DNA from: a virus
Virus record (IMG/VR): IMGVR_UViG_3300045988_005108
Location: 1 to 64,000 of that record
DNA: 64,000 bases
Direction: 5' to 3' (one strand)
Both the position numbers and the translations under genes were made by a program. The notes below the pieces were generated by a model that was not told the DNA's origin, did not search any database, and saw only the letters and a program-made list of their open reading frames with translations. This document shows, one piece after another, positions 56,091 to 63,979 of the stretch; position 1 is the first letter of the stretch; each line of letters begins with the position of its first letter.

Positions 56091-56768
56091 TTAATACTCT
56101 TCGTACCATTTTATTGGTACACCATAAATTCCTTTTACTCTATTACTTATATCAATAAATAGTTGGTGTGGCATCTTAGTGCCACTCCTTGCAAAGTATG
56201 CAGGATGTTCAATCTCTATAATGTGATTGAATCTACTATTGATATAAGGTTTGAAAGTTTGAGCCTGTCTGCCAAATAGCACATATATTATAGCTGTGTC
56301 ATACTCAGACAAGTTCTTTAATAGTTTAGCTATGAAAGGTCTCCATATCATCACATGGGAGCCTATCCTGTTCATCTCTACAGTAAGAGCAGAGTTTATC
56401 ATTAGTATCCCTTGTTTAGCCCAACTCTCTAAAGTCTGGTCAAAGGTAATACAATAATGTGGAATCTCAAAATTAATGGCTGCTTCTTTAACAACATTTA
56501 ATGAAGGAGACAAGTTATCCTCATTAACCTCCTTCCTGTTACCAAAAAGTATGCCAGTTGCAACTCCCTTTTGTGGATAGGGGTCTTGACCTAACATAAC
56601 TACTTTTAAGTCCTTGAGGGGACAAAGCTCAAATGCCCTGAACACATCAGACTGGGCAGGACACAGAGGCTTTCTCCTGTATTCTTGTCCAACCTTAGCC
56701 ATTACATTATTAAGCTCTGCCCTGTCAATTACCTTCATCCAATCTCCAAAGTATTCATCCAATGTCAT
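56091..56768 (-). CDS. uracil-DNA glycosylase (family 1-like)
   Basis: VVMLGQDPYP (GQDPY water-activating loop) and a C-terminal EHPAYF motif (HPSP-like). Confidence 0.8.
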   Translation of the reverse strand: MTLDEYFGDWMKVIDRAELNNVMAKVGQEYRRKPLCPAQSDVFRAFELCPLKDLKVVMLGQDPYPQKGVATGILFGNRKEVNEDNLSPSLNVVKEAAINFEIPHYCITFDQTLESWAKQGILMINSALTVEMNRIGSHVMIWRPFIAKLLKNLSEYDTAIIYVLFGRQAQTFKPYINSRFNHIIEIEHPAYFARSGTKMPHQLFIDISNRVKGIYGVPIKWYEEY

Positions 56769-57535
56769 AGCAACATCATTATGTCCTCAATATTGTCAAT
56801 AAGGCATTCATTCAGTGCATCATTAGAGCAGGCAGATGGAGTAGGCTTGATAGGCTCTATAAAGAACTTATCAAAATTATCTACTATGACCTTTACTTTT
56901 CTATCCTCTGGATTACTACTGAAACTATAATTGTTTCTTGGGAAATTTACATCCCTACTTGTATAATAAGGAATTAATTTCCTGGTGATGCCTTTATTAA
57001 TCAATTTATCAGGCTCTAAGAATACTTTAGGGCTGATGTGGCACACAGGTCTGTAATAGACCATAGTATTATCATTATCCTCAGTATGTACACTTCTTGC
57101 AGTTAATGTACATAATAGTAATGGAGTATAACTCTCATCAAAAATGATACCTTTGCCACCATAATACACTTCACCTTTATTGGTGATTATCTTCTGTAAT
57201 TTTTTATCATATCCAACATTAGTAAACAATTGCTTTATGATACTATCAAAAGTTCTTCTCTCTTGGCTTGGTGTATTATTATATAATGGCAATATTATCT
57301 TCTTGATTCCCATAATTGTAGGAGAAGCCAAATTATCCGAGACCAACTTTTCAAAGTGTTCTCTTGCAATCACAGGTATCTCTACCTCATTACCATTTAC
57401 TTCAACGATAAGGCTTCTTCTAAATACATTGTTACTATCAAGAGACAGATTCATTTCAAGCTGACCTGGTGATTCAGACTCACTGCTATTGAAAACACTA
57501 CTTACACTATATATAAATCCTGTGCTAAATTCCAT
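56765..57535 (-). CDS. hypothetical protein with a candidate ThiS/MoaD-like beta-grasp segment ending in an internal Gly-Gly
   Basis: Residues ~41-127: SLIVEVNGNEVEIPV...KIITNKGEVYYGG, followed by a 129-aa extension. Its start overlaps the E1-like stop. Confidence 0.55.
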   Translation of the reverse strand: MEFSTGFIYSVSSVFNSSESESPGQLEMNLSLDSNNVFRRSLIVEVNGNEVEIPVIAREHFEKLVSDNLASPTIMGIKKIILPLYNNTPSQERRTFDSIIKQLFTNVGYDKKLQKIITNKGEVYYGGKGIIFDESYTPLLLCTLTARSVHTEDNDNTMVYYRPVCHISPKVFLEPDKLINKGITRKLIPYYTSRDVNFPRNNYSFSSNPEDRKVKVIVDNFDKFFIEPIKPTPSACSNDALNECLIDNIEDIMMLL

Positions 57536-58671
57536 TATACTTCAGTTTTAAGATACATTGTTTCTGCATTATATGTGGTAAGAAATGGCAGGTCTCTGTC
57601 AATGAGAGGCTCACATTGATTAGCACAGAAGTTTACAAACAAATTAACCATATAGGATGCAATCATATTTGCACAGAAGGTAGTTTGTTTATAGGAGCAG
57701 ACAGTTGCATCAGCTTCTGTATCAGAGAATAGAAACTCATTATTGTACCTATTGATATTGTACTCATCATCTCCCTTGATACATAATACTTGAAACTCTT
57801 CTGCTGCTAATCTACCATCAATAAACAAGCAATTCTTTCTCTCCTTTTCTGGCTTGGATTGAACATGATTTACCCATTTATTAAAGAAAAGTCTTCTTGC
57901 TGCCATATTATCAAAGCCACAAATCATAATATCTGATGCCTCAGATTCAGTGGTAAATCTCTCACTTATTGCAAAGACACTGCTATAGCCAGCATAGTTT
58001 CTAATCATCTCAGTCAGTGCAGATACCTTAGGTCTACCTAAATCAGATTGACCATATAACTGACCTGACATATTGACAGCTTCTACTATGTCATTATCAT
58101 AGATAAACATAGAAGCTGGCTTCATCCTTGCCAATAAAAAGCCTACATAACTACCAATACCACCCACACCTGCCAAAATAATAGTTTTCTTCTGAATGTT
58201 CTCATACCAAATGGCAGAACTAAACCTACTTGTAGCTTCATCTACAAGCAAAGTTGCAGAGTTTGTAGGTATCTCTTGATGTGCATCTTCTACAGCTTGA
58301 CCAAGGATAGCCTGTTCCTCTTCTGAAAGTTCAAAGCTAATGCTGTCACCATCATCTTCTACAGAGTTACCTGTCCTTATAGCCCAAGCCTCTTCAATTA
58401 AACTTTTGAAGTGTTCATTGACAAAGATTCTACCTGTTACACCTTCAGTGCTACTATATACAATTTTATAGGTATTAGGTACACCATCCAAACCAATAAT
58501 ATTAAGAGAGGCAATGAGACCCATTCTAATATTATTAAGGACACTATTGAAAGTGTTAAGGTCAGCATATCCCACCTCATTATATTCATGAACATTATTC
58601 TCATTGAGACTTTCCATAAGGGAATTATAAGCCTCAGTTGCTTCTTGTGGAATTGTTACTTCTTCATTCAT
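57535..58671 (-). CDS. ThiF/MoeB/E1-like adenylyltransferase with a novel N-terminal domain
   Basis: LAGVGGIGSYVG Rossmann loop, IYDNDIVEAVNMSGQ, GRPKV and GFDNMAARR. The N-terminal ~150 aa are unassigned and contain no Cys. Confidence 0.8.
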   Translation of the reverse strand: MNEEVTIPQEATEAYNSLMESLNENNVHEYNEVGYADLNTFNSVLNNIRMGLIASLNIIGLDGVPNTYKIVYSSTEGVTGRIFVNEHFKSLIEEAWAIRTGNSVEDDGDSISFELSEEEQAILGQAVEDAHQEIPTNSATLLVDEATSRFSSAIWYENIQKKTIILAGVGGIGSYVGFLLARMKPASMFIYDNDIVEAVNMSGQLYGQSDLGRPKVSALTEMIRNYAGYSSVFAISERFTTESEASDIMICGFDNMAARRLFFNKWVNHVQSKPEKERKNCLFIDGRLAAEEFQVLCIKGDDEYNINRYNNEFLFSDTEADATVCSYKQTTFCANMIASYMVNLFVNFCANQCEPLIDRDLPFLTTYNAETMYLKTEV

Positions 58672-59876
58672 AATATTAAGTATTTCTGAAGTGCATCAAT
58701 ATACCCTTTGATATAATCATTTTCAGGGAGTTTTGTAAGCTCCTCTATCATATCATGGGCACAAATAGCACAAATTTCTGTTTCATCAAAGCCAAGCTCT
58801 TCTAATTTCTCATCTGTTGTATACCATGTCAGATATTCTGTGTAGGTATCTGCCCACATTTTGAAATTTTTCATGCCTTCTTCACCCTTACCAAATCTCT
58901 TTTCATACAATGCAGACATTGACTTAGCCCATTTGGTAATGTCAATCTTACTATCATTAGAGATAATAATGCTACCTGTAATCAATTGAAGTACAAGAGA
59001 CTTCAAAGTGACTTTATCAAATGTCACCTGACCATAAGGTAGATTATAGTCATCATCAAATGGCAAGTCATCTACATTATCAAAGAGAGTTGACTGAACC
59101 ACCTTAGATTTATTATCTTCCTTCTTGACAAGATTTGCTGGACCTGCCTTTGTACCATAAGAGTTAGCAATAACAGGCTTATAGCCACCTTGATATACAG
59201 GTGTCTGAGCTTTCTTGGCTTTCTCTGCTTTAACTTGCTTGATTTCCTCAAGTCTTGCTGCCATATCTGGGAATGAAAATGTTTCATCTTCATTCTCTAT
59301 TTTAAGATAGAACCATTCAATCTCATCTGCATCACTTATATACTCCTTAGTATCTTGCTTTTCACCATCACCAAAGAACTCATAAGATACAGATTCCATG
59401 GTCTGCTTTGACTTGATTCTCCTTGTGATTGCAGCAGTATAGGAACCTGCATTATTCACAATAAGAGACACAAAATTATTCCTATCCCTACCTTCTTCCT
59501 TTAGAGTAGCAGTGTCTGTTCCACTAAAGAAAGTGCTCATATTATTATGTGAATGGATTAATCCCATTTGACAATCAAGCAGTTCAGGATTTTCACACAT
59601 ATAGGATATTACATCAGGATTCATATCAAACTCTGTATAGGCTTGAGTTCCAATATCCATGATGTAAATATCTACACACCTTATTACAAGGTCATCATTT
59701 TCAAATGAACCTTCATGTGTAAAGAACAATGTACCTGACCATTCAGTATTCCATACCTTCTGACAGGCAAACCTTATCTTTCTTTCCACTTCTGCTGGAA
59801 TAATCAGCTTATAATTATAGGTACCTGACTTCTGTACCAGGCTGATTACTTTCATGGGTTGCTTTGTTTCTTCCAT
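58668..59876 (-). CDS. JAB/MPN+ (JAMM) metalloprotease with a C-terminal extension
   Basis: HSHNNMSTFFSGTD = HxH-x7-S-xx-D (59514-59555), with an upstream Glu in TEWSG. A C-terminal ~230 aa are unassigned. Confidence 0.8.
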   Translation of the reverse strand: MEETKQPMKVISLVQKSGTYNYKLIIPAEVERKIRFACQKVWNTEWSGTLFFTHEGSFENDDLVIRCVDIYIMDIGTQAYTEFDMNPDVISYMCENPELLDCQMGLIHSHNNMSTFFSGTDTATLKEEGRDRNNFVSLIVNNAGSYTAAITRRIKSKQTMESVSYEFFGDGEKQDTKEYISDADEIEWFYLKIENEDETFSFPDMAARLEEIKQVKAEKAKKAQTPVYQGGYKPVIANSYGTKAGPANLVKKEDNKSKVVQSTLFDNVDDLPFDDDYNLPYGQVTFDKVTLKSLVLQLITGSIIISNDSKIDITKWAKSMSALYEKRFGKGEEGMKNFKMWADTYTEYLTWYTTDEKLEELGFDETEICAICAHDMIEELTKLPENDYIKGYIDALQKYLIL

Positions 59877-61116
59877 ATCTGTAATTTAATACTTTGAGTA
59901 TTGTTGTTAATATGTATAGTGCAATTTGAGTATTAAGAATTATGCTCTTGTTCTCATTTCTCACTTCTACAATATCTGTAATATCTACAGTTATTTCTCT
60001 TCCCTTGAATACACAAACTTTCTTGCCTATATGCTGAGCATAGTTATTTACATTATTCCTGCTCCTATCATAGTAAATCCTTCCATTGTCTATGATACAC
60101 TCTCTCAAGATACCATGTTCCTTCAAGTCTGCAAATTCAGTAGTCAATTCCCTTTTATTGAATTGGTCATTATACCACTTGATAAACTCATTACTGATAA
60201 GCACAATAAATTCAATAAGTGACATTCCAATAGAATAGGAGCCATTGACATAATTAAATTTGAGTCTCTTAGAGTTAATGAAATACCTCACAAACTCCTT
60301 GAATTTGTCAGAAGTGATGTTAACTTCATAGTAACCAGGAAACAGATATGTAATGAATCTATTTATACCTGTTTCCATATCACTGGTGCCTAAATTCTCC
60401 AAGTAATGATAAGGTCTCCCAGCAACAGATTCTACAGTTACATACTTACTTAATTCAAGGCAAAACATATTCCACATATCCTCATCATAATCCCTATTGA
60501 GGGCACTAATAGTACCATTAATAGGACCACTACCTGTACAAGGATTTTGGAATTTGGTGAAATCACTTTTAGGGATACTACTGACATGACTATGCAAATA
60601 ATTACTCTTGAAGTGAAGCAGGGTATATTCTGACCTGTTAAGTGTGAATCCACCTCTCAATGTACCATCACACATTACTTTCACCTTAGCCCACAGGTGG
60701 TTAATATCCACAAATCTGTCATGCTCATTAGTTACTCTTACATGAGGAAAATGTACAAGAATGAATATGTCATTGAACTTAGCATTACCAATTCTTTCCT
60801 CTACTGTAGTATTTGTAAGCACATTAACAACCTCCTCTACTTGGTCTTTAGGTAAATCAGTAATGGATATTGCTCCATACATGCTCCAGTCATTCCTATT
60901 CATGCCTACAATACTACCATTAGGAATATAAGTAGATAGAGGTTCTATATTCATCCAAGATTTGAACTTATCCAAACTCCAATATCCTTGCATATCAACT
61001 TTATCCTCCCCAAAGAAGTCATTGAATATGCCTAATACTCGGAGTGGTCTATCCATCAAGGAGTTATATAGTTCCTCTATCTTCTCCTCAATTAATTTAA
61101 TTGTTTCTCCACTCAT
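59815..61116 (-). CDS. hypothetical protein, weak E2/UBC-like resemblance
   Basis: The start is placed at MSGETIKL (61116), just after a terminator. The track start at 61149 lies inside the terminator stem. A beta-rich stretch is followed by LHSHVSS..FQNPCTGSG. Confidence 0.55.
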   Translation of the reverse strand: MSGETIKLIEEKIEELYNSLMDRPLRVLGIFNDFFGEDKVDMQGYWSLDKFKSWMNIEPLSTYIPNGSIVGMNRNDWSMYGAISITDLPKDQVEEVVNVLTNTTVEERIGNAKFNDIFILVHFPHVRVTNEHDRFVDINHLWAKVKVMCDGTLRGGFTLNRSEYTLLHFKSNYLHSHVSSIPKSDFTKFQNPCTGSGPINGTISALNRDYDEDMWNMFCLELSKYVTVESVAGRPYHYLENLGTSDMETGINRFITYLFPGYYEVNITSDKFKEFVRYFINSKRLKFNYVNGSYSIGMSLIEFIVLISNEFIKWYNDQFNKRELTTEFADLKEHGILRECIIDNGRIYYDRSRNNVNNYAQHIGKKVCVFKGREITVDITDIVEVRNENKSIILNTQIALYILTTILKVLNYRYGRNKATHESNQPGTEVRYL

Positions 61117-61124
61117 ATTACTGT

Positions 61125-61168
61125 AAAAAAAAAGTAGGTAAGGGGGCATTTCTAACCTCCTTACCTAC
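61125..61168 (-). terminator. rho-independent terminator
   Basis: Minus strand: GTAGGTAAGGAGG-TTAGAAATG-CCCCCTTACCTAC, followed by T9. Lies 5 nt after the HNH stop. Confidence 0.7.
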
Positions 61169-61172
61169 TATA

Positions 61173-61712
61173 TTATTTTGCAAATTTCCAAACAAAGCCA
61201 TAAGATTGAGATACTGAGACCCACTTACCTCCTCTATAATATCCTCCTCTACAACAATTAAGTATTGGAGCAGTATTATATCCTAACTCTCTTTGTATTT
61301 GAGAAGCTGAGTCATAAGTCTTTACAAGAATATTTGCCCTATATTGCGCTATTTTTAGTCCTCTCTTTTTACTAATTTTCTTCAAAGAGAGCCTTTCTTG
61401 AGCACTTCCATAATTTACATTGTAACTTTGACTACACCACTCAAGATTGCTCACAACATTATTAATAGGGTTCTCATCTTTATGATTTACATAAGGTAAG
61501 TTTGAAGGATTATCAATAAAAGCCTGTGCTACAAGTCTGTGTACAAGATAATGTTTCCCTACATTTTCCTTATATAGGCTTACAGATGAATATCCTCTGT
61601 TATTCTTGTGCTTGCTTAGCAAAGCATTCCTACTTAGAGATTTTACATTCCCTAAGTTGGAAACTTCATATAACCCTTCATATCCTTGTATAGGTCTCCA
61701 TATTTCAACCAT
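61173..61712 (-). CDS. HNH homing endonuclease with NUMOD4 domain (free-standing)
   Basis: WRPIQGYEGLYEVSNLGNVKS (NUMOD4) and HRLVAQAF..VNHKDENPINNVVSNLEW (HNH_3). Confidence 0.85.
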   Translation of the reverse strand: MVEIWRPIQGYEGLYEVSNLGNVKSLSRNALLSKHKNNRGYSSVSLYKENVGKHYLVHRLVAQAFIDNPSNLPYVNHKDENPINNVVSNLEWCSQSYNVNYGSAQERLSLKKISKKRGLKIAQYRANILVKTYDSASQIQRELGYNTAPILNCCRGGYYRGGKWVSVSQSYGFVWKFAK

Positions 61713-61717
61713 ATAAT

Positions 61718-62452
61718 TTAGCCTACAAAATTAAACATATCATCAATCTCATCATCAGAGTAAGGAGAAGCTGACTTAGGCTTGTACTCCTCAGAAGGTT
61801 CAGCACTTACTGCAACCTTACCCCCAAGAATGCCAAGCACTTCCTCTTTCTCATCCTCTTCAATTGTGCCATTGTCCTCAAGAACTTCCACCAACTTACT
61901 GATAGCAGCTCTTGCTACAGTATCAACACATTCACCACCATTACTTGCAGGTGCTACAGGAGCACTTGCTTCAGGAGTATTTACAGGTGTTTCCTCCTTC
62001 TTAGCCTCAGCTTTAGCCTCAGCTTTAGGAGCAACAGGTGCAGGCTTTAAAGCACCACTGTCCTGTACTAATGCAATAAGGTCAGCAGTTTTACACATAG
62101 TGAAGTTCTTACCAAACTTCTTTACACAAGCACTCTGCAAACTCATAGACTTGATAGCATTATATGCCTCAGTTCTGCTCATTGCTCCTGACCTAATCTT
62201 CTTATTAGTGTTAGTAAGCATGAAAACCAACTCATTGGTGACAATTCCCTTGTAAGGAACATCATGTGGCAGAACTGAAGCATCATTCTTCAATTCAACC
62301 TTTGATGTGCCTTCAAAGAAGGTCATATCATCATAGTCAATATTATTGGCTCTCAAGTCACTCTTCAACTCAGCAAGGGTCGTGGCTGCTGACATAATAA
62401 CACTCTTCTTCTGATTCTTAGTCTGTACGACTGTAATTTTTCTTGCTTCCAT
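61718..62452 (-). CDS. hypothetical protein with acidic C-terminal tail (SSB-like tail?) and a possible N-terminal beta-grasp
   Basis: 244 aa with an Ala/Pro/Lys/Glu linker (KAEAKAEAK). The C-terminus SDDEIDDMFNFVG resembles acidic SSB-type tails. The function is not established. Confidence 0.55.
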   Translation of the reverse strand: MEARKITVVQTKNQKKSVIMSAATTLAELKSDLRANNIDYDDMTFFEGTSKVELKNDASVLPHDVPYKGIVTNELVFMLTNTNKKIRSGAMSRTEAYNAIKSMSLQSACVKKFGKNFTMCKTADLIALVQDSGALKPAPVAPKAEAKAEAKKEETPVNTPEASAPVAPASNGGECVDTVARAAISKLVEVLEDNGTIEEDEKEEVLGILGGKVAVSAEPSEEYKPKSASPYSDDEIDDMFNFVG

Positions 62453-62492
62453 GTTTTCACTTTTTTTTTTATAAATTGAACTTATTGAAACT

Positions 62493-63533
62493 TTAATCTA
62501 TACAAAAGGGCAAATCATTCCAATCATTGTCCTCTTGTCTTGAAGAGTTAAATAAAGGCTTGATTATTCTAAGGAACTCATCTTTGCCCTTAGCTTTCAT
62601 CAAATCACTTATATCTTTCCCTCCATTAAAGGGTGGTAATACTACATTAGTAAATCCTGTTTCCTCAGCTAACTTCTGAGCATCTTTTAATCCTGGCTCA
62701 TCATTATCCAAGCAAATAAAGACTTGTTTATACCTTCTTTTCAGTTCACTAATTGCAGTATCACTCATCCTATATCCCTCACCTTGAATGGCAAGGGATG
62801 GTATTCCTGTATTAGCCCAAAGACATAAAGCATCTTTCAGTGAGGAGCATATACATACTTGCTCCCCATATTCAGGTACTTTAGTCCATAGGCTTACTAC
62901 AGAATTGTCATGTTTGTTACTCCACTTATAACCAGCTTTATTGAAAGGCTGATATATCTTTAGGGTAACTTTTCCCTCCTTGTGTTCTACATAAGCATAG
63001 GCATACTTATCAGCTCCAAACACATATCTATGACCATCTTTTATGACAATCTTGTGAGATATGGGGTAAACTTCTGCATATTTGAGCCATTCTAAAGTTA
63101 TACCATAGGATGCCCAATATTCAATATCATAATCTCTCCAATCTCTGACTTTACACTGTAAGTCTGTATCTTTGTTGTAACTACTTGTACTTCTTATAGC
63201 ACAGGGAGTATATGAATGAATACTGGCACCACCACAGAACTTTGAAATGTCCTCATTGATTTTATTTAAGACCTTCTTGAAGCTGCAATTCCACATTTTA
63301 CCAAGAAGGTCAAACAGACCTCCACTATCCTTTGTAGCTAAGTCTGTATAAAATATTCTTACTCCATCAGAAGAATAAAGACCAAAGGAAGGTCTTCTAT
63401 CCTGTCTAAGAGGACTATTGATTATGCACGGAACCTCTGTAATTCCTAAGTAATATGACAGAATATCTGCCTCTGTCACTTTACTTAGAATATCATCAAG
63501 GCTCACAGAAGATTTACCAGAACTGAATGCCAT
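62493..63533 (-). CDS. DnaG-like DNA primase (Toprim domain)
   Basis: The Toprim acidic motifs are E in LAIQGEGY and FICLDNDEPGLKDAQKL. The start is placed at ATG 63533 (MAFSS) after an A9 tract; the track start at 63554 is GTG. Confidence 0.8.
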   Translation of the reverse strand: MAFSSGKSSVSLDDILSKVTEADILSYYLGITEVPCIINSPLRQDRRPSFGLYSSDGVRIFYTDLATKDSGGLFDLLGKMWNCSFKKVLNKINEDISKFCGGASIHSYTPCAIRSTSSYNKDTDLQCKVRDWRDYDIEYWASYGITLEWLKYAEVYPISHKIVIKDGHRYVFGADKYAYAYVEHKEGKVTLKIYQPFNKAGYKWSNKHDNSVVSLWTKVPEYGEQVCICSSLKDALCLWANTGIPSLAIQGEGYRMSDTAISELKRRYKQVFICLDNDEPGLKDAQKLAEETGFTNVVLPPFNGGKDISDLMKAKGKDEFLRIIKPLFNSSRQEDNDWNDLPFCID

Positions 63534-63553
63534 TACTTTTTTTTTAGAAATCA

Positions 63554-63979
63554 CTACTTCTTACCAAAATCCCAAGGTGTACCACCAGCATCATTACCAG
63601 GAGGGAAAGGCATATCACCTGATGCACCAGAGTTACTGAGGTCTGTAGATTCTACATTATACTCCTTCAAGTCACATACAGTAAACTCAGTAGTAGGGTA
63701 TGCACTAGCAGCCTTTCTTTCCTGCAAGTTTTCATCCAACTTACTGTAATCAGTGGTGACGTTCTTCAAGAACATCTGATTATAAATAGCCTGATACTGC
63801 TTGTTATCATCAGTGGTTTTTACACCGAACAATATCTTAACCTTGTTATTAGGCTGCAATGCAATAACATCTCTTAGCTCCTTGAAATTACCCTTGAAGT
63901 ACTCAGCAATGTCCTCAAGTCTTGCTTCACAATCCTCAGGGTTGTCTACCTTAACCCAAGTATTATTGACATACTTCAT
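63554..63979 (-). CDS. hypothetical protein
   Basis: 141-aa ORF with a Gly/Pro-rich C-terminus ...GDMPFPPGNDAGGTPWDFGKK. Confidence 0.5.
   Translation of the reverse strand: MKYVNNTWVKVDNPEDCEARLEDIAEYFKGNFKELRDVIALQPNNKVKILFGVKTTDDNKQYQAIYNQMFLKNVTTDYSKLDENLQERKAASAYPTTEFTVCDLKEYNVESTDLSNSGASGDMPFPPGNDAGGTPWDFGKK

Noticed and set aside
58222-58671. The N-terminal ~150 aa of the E1-like protein as a fused E2 domain (Cap2-like E2-E1 architecture).
   Set aside because: The segment contains no cysteine at all, so it cannot be a canonical thioester-forming E2. It remains an unassigned domain.
62003-62026. Tandem 12-nt repeat (agcctcagcttt x2) encoding KAEAKAEA.
   Set aside because: It is only two copies inside a flexible Ala/Pro/Lys/Glu linker of a coding gene. 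This is ordinary low-complexity linker sequence, not a regulatory or CRISPR-like repeat.
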